Shown here: one piece after another, positions 10,911 to 22,473 of the stretch
How positions within the stretch are numbered: the first letter of the stretch is position 1
How the letters are laid out: each line of letters opens with the position of its first letter
NCBI GenBank assembly: GCA_000388065.2
Contig: KB932203.1
Source: Fonticula alba ATCC 38817
Taxonomy: Eukaryota; Protista; Nucleariida
Length of the DNA: 31,402 bases
Reading direction: 5' to 3' (one strand)
Made by a program: the position numbers and the translations under genes
The notes under the pieces: model-generated
The model's input: the letters and a program-made list of their open reading frames with translations, nothing else
Databases searched by the model: none
What the model was told of the DNA's origin: nothing

Positions 10911-11898
10911 TTTTAAGACCCTCCTGGAGCCTTTGCCCTCGTTACGGGCTTGTACCTCTCCGCCCTGGATCTCTCTCCCTCCGGCCAATGTGTTCTCACT
11001 CACCATGTGTTTTCCTCCCCTCCCCCCCCTCCCCGCCCCCGGCATATAGAATATCCCCAAGCATTCGGCCCAGATGATCGCCCTGACTTGCTACTTCCTG
11101 GCCATCAAGTTCGAGGACAGCAACACCGAGTGGACCATCAGCCGAGTGATGCAGATGACCGGGGAGATATTCTGCCGCTCGTCCCTGCACCTGACCGAGC
11201 GGATGATCCTGGCCGCGCTCAATTACGACCTTGCCCACCCGCCGGCCACCTCCTTCATCCGCCGGTTGGCCCTCTACAACCCGACCAACGCCTCGCCGCC
11301 GCCAACCGACGAGCCGACTTACGACAAGCAGGTATACCATGTGGCCTCTTATGTGGCCGAGGTGGTCCTCTGTTTTGGACACACGCACCCGGTTTTCGCC
11401 AATGTCCGGCCCTCGGTGCTGGCCTGCTGCGCCGTTGTCCTGGCCCGGCTGATGCTGAAGCGCTCACCACCGGAGGAGACCCCCGGCGTGCCGACCCTGG
11501 ACGCCATCCCCCCGGTCGGGTGGTGCGACTGGAATGGGCACTGGCCGTGGTCCATCGCCCGGAGCGTGGTGGCCGTGTATGGGCGCCGGCAACTGAATCG
11601 GGCCTTCCGAAATACCGCCGCCCAGGCGCCACACTCGCCACTCCTGGCTCCCCATGTCATTGCCCAGTACCACAACCGGCCATTGCCCCTGGAGTATGTT
11701 GCCCCGTACACCATCCAGGCCTTGTATCCCCTGCTTGGGGCCGCCACCCAGCTCTTGAAGCAGCCCTTCCCCGCTGCCTGCCGGGCACTCTATACCCGCC
11801 ACGCCAAGGACCACAACCTCCGTGCCAGCACATACGTTCACAAGAGCATGAAGACCTTCCTGCTGCCCGGGCTACAGCCCCGGAGAGATGGCTGGTAG
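8654..11898 (+). CDS. Cyclin (A/B-like cyclin box) with ~640-aa low-complexity acidic/Pro-rich N-terminus, ~963 aa, 3 exons
   Basis: Exons (+): 8654-9028, 9175-10842, 11050-11898 (2892 nt, both introns phase 0; CTGAC branch site near 9144). Cyclin box RGVVANWLTEV...LGLAMNLWDRYLSMVQ|NIPKHSAQMIALTCYFLAIKFED; following motif ERMILAALNYDLAHPPATSFIRR. The start codon is less certain than the domain. Confidence 0.85.
10876..10905. repeat. (TC)n microsatellite in cyclin intron 2 (representative of many intronic TC/CA microsatellites)
   Basis: Seen directly. Similar (GT)n or (GA)n runs occur near 4828, 7220-7272, 7400-7424, 16243, 16765, 19211 and 28915. Confidence 0.85.
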
Positions 11899-12928
11899 AG
11901 GGAGGAGCATGGTCCCCAGAGGCCACCGCCCTTGTCATTGTCTTTTTTTTTTTTTGCTCCCCCCCCCCTCCCCCCTGCCTTTTCCGCTCTCCCCTCGGCG
12001 ATCTAGTTTCCCTCTCGCCGTGTGTGCGCTTGTGCGCGGAATATACTCCCCATCCTTACTGTTGTGTCCCCTTCTCCCCGGCTCCCTTGCCTGTCTGGGG
12101 GGCGCGTGCGCGTGTGTGTGCGCGCAACAGAATGCAGGCCAGTCAACTTGGCTGTCAGGTGGCACGAGAGGGGGGTAACTTTACAGGGTTTATTTTTGAC
12201 GGGCGGGAAAGCCCGAGGCTTCTATGTGCAGGCACATTGCCGTGCATGTGTGTTGGGTGATGCACACGCGTGCGCCATAGGCGAGGGAGAAGGGGGGAAG
12301 GAGGGGGGGGGGGGATTGCGCGAGAAGGCCGAGATGAGGGGACTTCTCCTCGAAGGAGAATACGGGTGGGAAGGACAACAAAGACAAGGAGGGAGGGGGA
12401 GCACGCGCCAGTGTCGGGGCGCCGTGCGGAAAAAGCAGTCGGGAGGGGCAAAACCGGGCACACCCTACAGGAGTACGGGGACCGACCCAGAGGGGGGGAG
12501 GGAGGACGCTCGGCTTCCTCGGGTTTCGTGCCACGCGCGTGGATGGATGTGCACGACCACGCACACATCGACAGACCTGGGCCCGGCCCTGCTGTCTCAG
12601 CAGGCCATGCTCTTTCCCCCCGCCTCCCAGCGCGAGGGGCATGACTCTATATGTGTGCATGTTCCGGAGATTGAGGGGACGGCGAGGAGGAATGGGGGCA
12701 AAGGGGCGCCCTGCATGCGCACGCCGACAGGGCAGTCCTGCGAGTGGAGGAGCGGGTGGGTGGGCGACGAGCGGGGAAGAGGAGAAGGGCCGATGTGAAG
12801 GGGGGGGGGAGGGAGGAAGATGGGAAGGAGCAGCACGAAGCGGGCCCCAGGTGCCAGCGATGCATCGAGAGTCGAACGGGATTGGAGCCACACGCGAGGG
12901 CACAGCACAGGGGGAGAGGGAGGAGGCC

Positions 12929-13963
12929 TTAAGCGGCCGGGGCCGAGGGCGGGGTGGTCCCAGTGCCGTCGGCGGCCGGGGCACCGGCGTCAGCCTCGGC
13001 AGCCGGGGCAGTCGGAGGCGGCCCGCGGACGAGCTTCGGATTGAGGACAAACTTACAGGGGATCGGCAGCTTGCTGGCGGCCAGGCGGAAGGCCGCGCGG
13101 GCCAGCGGCTCCGGGACCTGATCCAACTCGAAGATGACACGGTTGGCCTTCAGACGCACGACCCAGTGATCGACGGAACCCTTGCCGGAGCCCATGCGCA
13201 CTTCGGCCGGCTTCTTGGACACCTGGATGTCGGGGAAGATGCGAATCCACATGCGGCCAACACGCTTCAGACGGCGAGTGATAGCACGACGAGCGGACTC
13301 AATCTGCGCGGCAGTCAGGCGCACCGGATGCTGCACTTGCAGGCCATACTTACCGAAGGCAACCTGTGTGTTGAGTCGACCAGGCGGGAGGGCAGGGGAG
13401 GGCAGGGGAGGGCAGGGGAGGGAGGGGCGGGGGGGGGGGGGGAAAGGTGCCGATACAGGGTCAGACATGGGAAATGTGACAATCAGAGGGGCAGGCCGGC
13501 CCTCTGGCCCCTCCCCCTAGGCAGGCACGCTTGGCGCATGGGCCCGTACATAGTGACCACGAGAGGCACGACCATAGACACGGCCCTTGAAGCGCTTGCG
13601 GAACTTCGACCGGCGGGGCATCATCAGACCACGGGACACCATCATCGGACCGGCAGCAGGCCCGACCAGAGCCAGGGGATGAGGCTGCTGGCCCAGCAGG
13701 CCAGCCATGACGGACGCCGGCTGGCGGGCGGCCGAGCCGACGGCCATCTGCCCGAGCGGGGCAGCGAAGCCGCGACCGGCCGCGAGGAGCGAGAACTGGC
13801 GGGCCGGCATGGCGTCCACGGCCGGGGTCGATGGGGTCGGACCGACAGCAAGGGCGGACACCGCGCCGAGGCGGGGGCCGGCAGCGGCGGCGGCCGCCTG
13901 CGCCGACAGGCGAAGGGGCGCCATGCGGGCGAGGGCCGCCGAAGAGCGGACGGCGGAGAGCAT
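12929..13963 (-). CDS. MRPL16: Mitochondrial large-subunit ribosomal protein uL16m with ~113-aa presequence (282 aa, 2 exons)
   Basis: Exons (-): 13963-13550 and 13363-12929. L16 motifs: [57 protein letters not shown]. Confidence 0.93.
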
Positions 13964-14017
13964 TGGCGGGAGCGAGGGCGGGGGCGCGCGCTTTTTGCCT
14001 GCAGAGTCGGCCGACGG

Positions 14018-14387
14018 NNNNNNNNNNNNNNNNNNNNNNNNNNNNNNNNNNNNNNNNNNNNNNNNNNNNNNNNNNNNNNNNNNNNNNNNNNNNNNNNNNN
14101 NNNNNNNNNNNNNNNNNNNNNNNNNNNNNNNNNNNNNNNNNNNNNNNNNNNNNNNNNNNNNNNNNNNNNNNNNNNNNNNNNNNNNNNNNNNNNNNNNNNN
14201 NNNNNNNNNNNNNNNNNNNNNNNNNNNNNNNNNNNNNNNNNNNNNNNNNNNNNNNNNNNNNNNNNNNNNNNNNNNNNNNNNNNNNNNNNNNNNNNNNNNN
14301 NNNNNNNNNNNNNNNNNNNNNNNNNNNNNNNNNNNNNNNNNNNNNNNNNNNNNNNNNNNNNNNNNNNNNNNNNNNNNNNNNNNNNNN
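14018..14387. other. Assembly gap (N run) upstream of MRPL16
   Basis: 370 N. It could hide promoter sequence or a small feature. Confidence 0.97.
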
Positions 14388-14934
14388 TGCGCTGGCTGGG
14401 GGGGGGGGGAGGGGCCACAGCGGAATCGCGCTTGTCCTCCCTTCAGCCGCGGGCGGATCTCGTCCTCGAGACAGGCACCCGATGGGTGGGGGGTGTTCAT
14501 GCAACGGAGGTCGAACTGCCCAGGAGGAATCCTAAATCCATCACATTCACCCAAAACACCATTCTACGATCACGGAGTAGGTTGTGGCCTAAGCGGATAC
14601 GTTGGGACCGTTGGCATCGAATCCCAACCACACGGGCAGGTGAGACACAGCCTCCCTGGCCTGGCATTGGCCGAGGCAACATGCTCCTGTGAAGAGAGGA
14701 GCCCACGCCAGGTGTCTCTGCCTCTCCCAGGCTCCGGGAGAGTGTTTCTTTTGGTCCCTATACACAGCACGCCGGCCGGCGAATGAAGTGCGGGAGTTGG
14801 GGGCTTGTATTTGGAGGAGATGGAAAAGAAGAAGAAGAGGAAGAGGAGGAAGAGGGGAGGGAGAGAGGAGGACGGCAATAAAAAAGAAAAGCGGGGCCCC
14901 CCTTCCTCTGACCAGCCTTCGCCAAGCCGCCCTT

Positions 14935-17900
14935 TCAGGAAACCGTGCGAGTGGGGTTCACCTGGCGGATCAAGGACAGGAACACCTCTTCCAGGGTGGT
15001 CTGGCTGATGGACCAGTCGCGAATGATGGCGGCCGCGGCTTGCAGAGACTCGGTCTGGTAGGCCGGCTGTGGGGGTTGCTGCTGTGACGGAGAGATCGAC
15101 GGGGCGCCGGTGGTCCGCGAAGAGGCGAGGGACCCCTGCGACCCCATGGTCAGGGGAGAGGCCGCGCCACTGGCGCCAAAGCCCCCCGGGGACTCGAGCG
15201 ACAGCAGGGTACTGGGCGGGGTGTCGCGATCGAGGGCCGGGTTTTTGGTGAAGGACTCCAGCCACCGGACGATGACCGGGACGGAATTGGTGGCAATGTG
15301 GTTGCCGATGGAGAAGATCAGCGATCCGGCCGAGTCGTCGGTCAGACGAACGTGCGTCATGGCAGCCGTGCCGATCAGCTCGGTCAGAGCCGAGCGAATG
15401 ATGTCCACGGCGCTGCGATTGGCCGCGGCGGCGATGCTGCTGGCCGTGGCCCCGCGCGTGGCCGGTCCACCACCGGAGGCAGTTCCATCGGCGCCGGACA
15501 CCGCGGACAGGTCCTTCATTTCCATCGGATCGTCGGTTGAGCTGGCGGCCGGAGCGGCGCCAGCCGGGTCCCCCTGGCCGGCAACCACCTGCAGTGCCGG
15601 GTCCGAGGACACGAGAACCGTCAGCTGGTAGCCCGCCCCGAGGGTGGTCTTCAGCCTGGTGGAGGTGCCGAAGGCGCGCAGGCGCCCGAGGGACATGATG
15701 GCAATGGTGTCGCCCAAAAACTCGGCCTCCTCCATGGAGTGCGTGGTCAGCACCACCGCACGGCCCTTCTTGAAGCGATCGATGAAGTTCCACACATGCC
15801 GGCGATTGACCGGGTCCATGCCGGTGGTCGGCTCATCGAGCACCAGCATGCCCGGGTCACCGAGGGTGGCCAGGGCCACACTCAGCCGGCGCTTCATGCC
15901 GCCGGAGTAGTCCCCGGCAAAGCGATTCCGAACGCCCCAAAGCCGGACACAGCCCAGGCGTTCGCGTGCCAGGTCCTCCAGCAGGGCCGGGTCGATGTTC
16001 CGGATGCCGGCAAAGAGGCGAATGTGCTCCATGCCGGTGAGCTGCTCGAAGAGGATGTCAAATTGGGGGCACACGCCGAGCGAATTGCGGATGGCCGACA
16101 GGCTGTTGGTGACCGATTGCCCGAAGAGGTAGACATCACCACTGGACGGGGCAGTGAAGCCGCAAATCATGGAGATGGTGGTCGACTTGCCGGCGCCGTT
16201 CTGGCCAAGCAATGCGAGGCTACGTGGATGGATGGATGAATGTGTGTGTGTGTGTGTGTGCCAACGAGCGAGCGAGGGAGATGAGGCGTGAGGCAAAGGG
16301 GGTCAGTGTCAAAGGGACACCGGGAGACGGAGAGGGAAAAAAGACAGAAGGACAGGCGGCAAAGATCCAATGGGAGACCCGCCATTTGCTCGGTGGTGAT
16401 ATCGGGACGTACACCGACCCTGGGGCAATGCGGAAGCTAGAGTCCACCACTGCGACGTTTTCCTTGCCACCGAAGAGCGACCGGTACACCTTACGGAGCT
16501 GGGTCACGCGTACGGCAGCCGAAGCGCCATCCTCGGCCAAAGTGGCAACACGCTCGGCGAAGACATCCTTGTCCTCATCGGGGAGTTGGGTCTGTGTCGA
16601 GCCCAGGAGGGGGAGAGGGAGGGGCGGAGGATGCGAGGGGACAGCATGGGAGATGGAGTTAGCTTCCCGTATGGGGACAACACTCGGCGGCGTCACGAGA
16701 GGCAGGAGGAGAAAGAAGAAGAACACTCGGGCGGGCTTTCAAGCGTGCGCGCGCGCGCGCGCAAGTGTGTGTGTGTGTGTGTGTATACATGCGTGCATGG
16801 CTGTGCATGCAGATATACACACACACACACACGGACACACGGACACACGCGGACACACTTGGGTGCACGGGGATACGCACCGGCGGCGGGAAGGACAGCG
16901 TCATCTGGCCCGCGGTTGCGCCGCCGCCGAAACCCCAATACGATGGCATGAAGGGGAACCACAGCTTGGCCGACTTGCCATAGGGGCCCGGGATGACCTG
17001 GTCGAAGTACCAAGTGAGCAGCATGAAGATCAGGAAGTTGCCAATGAACCAGAAGAAGCTGTCCCGCGGGAGGGGGATGTCGAAGTTGCCGACCGGCGCC
17101 GCGGACGGGGGGATCGGCTGGCCAAGGTGCTCCCAGCGGAAGCCCTCCCCGGGGATGAGCATGTCGCTGGCAAAGCTGAAGGCGCCCACCGCACGCGAAG
17201 AAATGTCCAGGTAGAGTTTGCCGAAGTTGAAGGGCGGCACCAGGAGGCCCATGATCCCCTGGCCGGAGGGGTGGGTCTGGGCCTCCCACCAAATATACCC
17301 GGAGTAGGAGTTGTTGAAGACGGCCGCCTGCAGCAGGAGCGAGATAATCAGCACGAAGAGCCCGACCGTGGAGGCGGTCTTGGCCGTGCGCAGGAGGGTC
17401 GACAGGAAGAAGGCCAGCGCGGTGAGCGACAGCTGCAGCATGAAGAACATGAAGAAGACGATCTTGTTGGTTGTTTTTTTTTTGCCCATCGGTCACAGGT
17501 TGTCGGGAGGTTAGGGATTGGCCCAGAGCAAGATGGGTGTGAATACGCGTGTGTGTGTGTGCGTGAGGGGGGAGGAGGGGGGGGGGGCTGGTGCATGGGC
17601 AAGTTGCAGAGGGTATAGACACGCACCCCGGGGCTGGTTTGGGAAATCCAGCTGATACCGAAGATGTTACCGAAGGCCAGGGTGACCAGGGAGATGAGGG
17701 TGATCATGGGCAGATTGCACAGGAGATGGCTGATCCAATAAACCGAGGGCTACCGGCGGTGGCAGAGGCAGGCAGACATGGCGGTGTGTGGGGCAGGTGC
17801 ACGAGGTCAGCATGCATGGCGATGTGGTGGCCGTGCGAGGCTGGCGGAGGCGCTTGCCTCGGGGCTACCAGCCCTCGGGAGGTGTACACCACCCTCCTGG

Positions 17901-19208
17901 GGGAGGGGGGGGGGNNNNNNNNNNNNNNNNNNNNNNNNNNNNNNNNNNNNNNNNNNNNNNNNNNNNNNNNNNNNNNNNNNNNNNNNNNNNNNNNNNNNNN
18001 NNNNNNNNNNNNNNNNNNNNNNNNNGGGGGGGGGGGGGGGGGGGGGGGGGCGGCAAAGGCAGCGAAAGAGCAAAATCCACATAGAGAGAGAGAGAGGCGC
18101 GTACCGCGAGACCCATCATCTGCATGCTGTGGCGCTGATAGGACTCCTTCTCTGAGACCACGGTCCCCAGCAAGAGGATGAAGTTCACCAGGCCGCAGGC
18201 AATGAGGAAGACCGGGGTCGAAGTCTGGGCAATGCGAGATGTCCCATTCGAAGCGATCAAAGGCCACGAGCGGGCGGACATTTCATATCGGAATTGGTCG
18301 TCCTGCTGGTGGTGTTGGACTGGGCAAAGGGGAGGGTCAGGGCCATGGGTGCACCGAGGGAATCAGGGGGGGGGGGGGGAAGGGAGCGGCGAGCAGGCGG
18401 CCGGGCGAGCGCATGCAAGAGGGCAAGAGAGACAAAGGTGCTCACGCACTCATGGCCTCATCAAGGGCCCGAATGAGCGATGCCAGCTGCAGGGAGGTGC
18501 GATCGGCGGCGGTCGGGGTGAAGGCCTTGTTGTCGAGTGGCGTAACCGTGGCATTGTACCACACCTGGTAGGTGTGGGTGTTGGCCCCGGCCCCGGGCTC
18601 GAAGCTGATGCCAAAGAGCGTGGAGTTGGGGTTGGACAGGCCCAGCCGAGCGAGGTCTTCGACCGTGGCCACCGGCACGAAGCCGGCATCGGCGTTGGCG
18701 GCCACCGTCGGGACCAGCCCGTCACCCGGCGGCGGGGGATACCGGGCCAGCTCCTCGGCAAAGGCAGCCCGGGACCAATCGAGGCTGACCGGGGCCGAAG
18801 CGACGGTCATATCCGGCACATGGAAGTCCCGGCCACCACGAGCGGCGTTGTTTCGCGCCACTCGCCGCATGATGTCCCGCACGGTCGGATCGTCGCCCGG
18901 GGCGAAGGCGATGGTGGCGCAGCGCTCGCGCGAGCCGGCCGAACTCTCGCGCACACGGCCCTCGAAGGGCGGCCAGCAGGGGGCCACCGGCGGGACCGAT
19001 GTATGCCAGGCGGCCTCCGGAGCGTCGGGATCGGCGCCAATTTGTCGACTGACCCGCGAGGAGCCGCGATCGAGGGCGAAGAGAATGAGAAGGAAGAGGA
19101 TCGGCGCCAGCACTTGGAGCAGGGTCGAGCGCCAGTAGCGCTTGATCTACGCGTCGTCATGTCGCAAGCGGAGAGGGGCACAAGGTCGTCCATGTGCATG
19201 TGCATGTG

Positions 19209-19251
<43 letters not shown>

Positions 19252-19550
19252 TCAGTTGTGAGAAGGCGGCCAGCTGAGCACCGTGAGGGTGTTTGAGTCA
19301 AGCAGACCCTCGACAGAGCATGTCCGGCAGTGGGCAGATGCAGGGCTCTTGGCCAGTATGTGTGTGAGTGTGCACTTGAAGGCGCATGTACCTGTAGGAC
19401 ATAGTACTTCCACAGCATGATCTTCAGCTGGGCCAGCCAGCCGGCAAAGCCGGAGTCCTGCATGCGCGAGGGGAAGGACTTGAGCGGTCCGGCGCGGGGG
19501 CCGGGCGGCGCGTCCGGGTCCACCTGGTGGGCGAGGCTGACCGAGGACAT
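14935..19550 (-). CDS. ABCA-subfamily half-transporter A (TMD + extracellular domain + one NBD), ~1079 aa, 7 exons
   Basis: Exons (-): 19550-19392, 19146-18450, 18319-18105, 17749-17627, 17462-16881, 16591-16413, 16219-14935 (3240 nt). Walker A GQNGAGKST, Q-loop GVCPQFDIL, signature YSGGMKRRL, Walker B LVLDEPTTGMDP, H-loop LTTHSMEEA, ABCA-type tail DWSISQTTLEEVFL. One N gap lies in intron 3. Confidence 0.92.
17915..18025. other. Assembly gap (N run) in ABCA-A intron 3
   Basis: N run flanked by G runs on both sides. Confidence 0.97.
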
Positions 19551-19806
19551 GATGGTGATGGTGCGCGCGCGCGCGGACGAACGGGCGGACGGGCGAGCGA
19601 GCGAGCGATCGAGTCCCCGGTTGCGGGAGGGAACAAAGGAGAACAGAAGACGGAGGGGGGGGAACGGGAAGAAGGAGGAGAGCGTGTGTATGTGTGTATG
19701 TGGGAGTGCGTGGGCGCGCGGCGTGGGGTACGGGCGGACACAGGCCAAGGCCAAGGGGGGGCTGGCTGCCCTTGAGGTGGCGGCGGCGGCGGTGGCGGTG
19801 GCGGTG

Positions 19807-19837
<31 letters not shown>

Positions 19838-22473
19838 ATGCCAGCAAAGAGAGGATTGGCCGTCGGATCTCCGGGGATCTTCAGGGGGCCCCTCCGGGGG
19901 GAGGGGTGCCGAGCGTGCGCTGGATCGTGCGTCCGGCCCCCCTTCCCCCCTTCTGCGTCAGGCTGTGTCTGCCCGCTCTGCTCCCCCCCCCCCCCCCCCC
20001 CCCGACCTGCTCGAGATCCGACCTGGGGGGCGACCTCCTGTGCTGCCAGCGAAATTTGGGCCCCGCGATGTGTTGGAGACGGGGGGGGGGGGGGCGCTCC
20101 ACGGCCGTACCAGTGGACCTCCTCCCGCGGGCTTGCCCCGTGCCGAGGGGCGGGAACGGGAGCCCGGCGAAGTGTCAAATTCCGCCGGTCAGCTCGCCAC
20201 GCAGCTCGGGCTCTCGGCCGAGCAGACGGGGGAGCCCGCAGCACGCCATTGTCCTGCACCACCGAGGCGCGTGCCTGAGCCTGCGCGCCTGCCGATGCAT
20301 GCGTTTGCGGGAACCTGCGGTGGGAGGGGGCGTGTCGGCGGGGTCGCGTAGCCCGGGACGGGCGGTGTCGCGGGCCGGCCCGGCGCCCCGCCATTTTCGG
20401 GCGAAAGTCCTCCCCGGCCAGACGATCAAGCCTCCATGGCAAGGGGAAAATTGGTGGCCTGTCCCGGGCGCCGGCGAGGCTGGCCGGGGCCTGTTCCGAC
20501 AGGGGGGGGCAGCCGCCGCTGGGGGTGGAACAGCAGCCGCATGCCGGCGACAGTGTACGTGGCCGGTGACGCCGGTGCCGTGTTTGTGTGTATGTGCGCG
20601 TGCATTTGCGAGAACATGCCCTGGCGCCGGCCTGCACACCCAGCCCGGGGCCCGGGGCCGGGCCCCTTTTCACGCTCGCTTCTCCTTGGGCTCCCGGCCG
20701 GGCAGGCGAGCGCTTCTTTGCACGTATATTGCGGACCCCAGCCCGACTTGCGCGAAGCAGGCGTGACCTCGGGGCCGAAACCCGATGCGCGCGCGCGCGC
20801 GCAGGGCCCCGTCCCCCGGGCCGCCGGCTTCGGATCGCGGGGGAAGGAAACCGAGGGAGGGCGGGGCCGGGGGCGGGGGCGAATTTCCCAGCCGCCCAGG
20901 CGACCGCGGCTTGCCAGCGTCCTGGCTAGCCCCGTGTGGTGGGCGCGTCCCGGGGCCGGGGCCGGCGGTTGGATGAGCAAGGGGTCTGTCTCCGGGGTGA
21001 GCGCCATATGGCGGAGTCAGGCGCTATTTCCGGCCGGCCGCTGGCCCCCTCGGTCATGGCCCGGCTGGAACCGGCTCGGCGTCGGGCTGCCTCTTCTCCC
21101 TACCCCCCCCCCCCCCTCCCGAGCATCTGAATGCGCGTCCGACGTCCGGGCCTGGACTCGGACACGAAAGCGCCCCCCCGCGCGCCCCCGCAAAGACCCA
21201 ACAGCAGACCTGCTGCATACCCCCCCTTTGGCGCTAGAACAATCCAGGACCAGGACATTGGGGGCCGTCCATGAGCGGCCCCACGTCTTCTTCACAGGGA
21301 TGACTGTGTGGGCACAGGGACCCCAGGGCGGCGGAAGAGACGAAGGCCGGGTGGTACCCGGACCGCGGCCGGAGGAGGGGCCCGGCGGTCGCACCGCCCT
21401 CCAGCGTGCTGTCCGAGTTTTGTCCGCGCATTCCGCCCCTGGAGGCCCCTTTCACACGCCCCCGGCCAGTCTTGCCAAGTCTGTGTGTCGGGGCGCGGGG
21501 CGCGGGGGGGGGGGGGGGGGGGCGGGGATGCGGTCGGGTGTCTGGGCTCGGGCGCTTGCGAGGTCTTCACATTTTCACTTAGACCCGCGGCCAGCCCGAC
21601 CGGGCTCTTCGCCCAGTGGTCCCTCCCCCCACCCCCCTCCTCCGAGCCCGCCTCCCCGTCCCCCGGGGCCCAAGCGTGCGGCCGCCCGGCCCGGCGTTGC
21701 CAGGAAGCCCGGGCGAGGGTTGGCACATGCTGGGCTCCGTCAGTGACACATCGTCCACGGCGGCAAGGGCGGCGACTGAAAAGAATGAAGTAGGGGCGAG
21801 CAGGCGCGTCGGTCGCTGCCCGCATTTCGCCGGCAGATCCAGGGAGGTCTCGCTGGCACACGCGACCCGGCACCTGTCCCAGTCTCGGTCCGATGAGGAA
21901 TGCGAGAGAAGCCGGAGCGCGAATTGTCCGCCGGGCGTGCCCCCCTTCCCCCCTCCCCCCCCCGGCGGCTCATGGCTTCTCTTCTCCCAAATTGCGATCA
22001 AATTTCCCCCCGCCGCTGAGTGCGATCTCTCCCCGCGGCAGGTCGGTGTCAGCCCGCCCCCCCCCCCCCTGGCCCCTGCCGCCTCCCAGCCGGCCGGGCG
22101 GATGTAACATCTGCAAGGCAGACCGCCCGACTGGTGGCCGTGTCGCTCGCTCGGTTATGGTTGGCAAGCGCCCTTCGAGCGGCTAGTGGGAGGGGGGGGG
22201 GGGGCAATCTTGGCCGCACAGGATCTCGCCTCGCCGACTCGATGGAGCCAGATCCCCTCCCCCGCCCCCCCCCCCCCCCCAAGCGGCAGCGCTGTTCCAC
22301 CGGCAGGCGAGGCCCACACCCTGCGTCCCCCAAGGCCCCAACCCGCCGCATCGTCCCCTCCCTCTCTTCCCCAGAGCCCGCTTGGCCCCCACCATCACGC
22401 TCTTTGCTTCCCCTCGCTAGCCTCCGGGTGCCACGCCTCCCTCCTCCTCGCCCCTCTACCTCGCCTCGTCACC
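19551..22473. promoter_or_regulatory. Divergent (putative bidirectional) upstream region shared by the two ABCA genes
   Basis: Lies between the - strand start at 19550 and the + strand start at 22474. No recognisable protein domain inside. Regulatory role inferred from geometry only. Confidence 0.55.
19776..19837. repeat. (GGY)n trinucleotide repeat, ~20 units, upstream of ABCA-A
   Basis: A ggtggcggcggc... run ~225 bp upstream of the ATG at 19550. Confidence 0.9.

Noticed and set aside
364-13963. Functional clustering of translation-related genes (HisRS, DRG2, MRPL16)
   Set aside because: These are common housekeeping classes in different compartments, separated by a cyclin. Nothing indicates co-regulation.
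20398-20420. GCGAAAGTCCTCCCCGG resembles the conserved region I of RNase MRP/P RNA
   Set aside because: I found no convincing CR-V (GGGGCTnAnTCT-like) partner downstream. An Rfam search would settle it.
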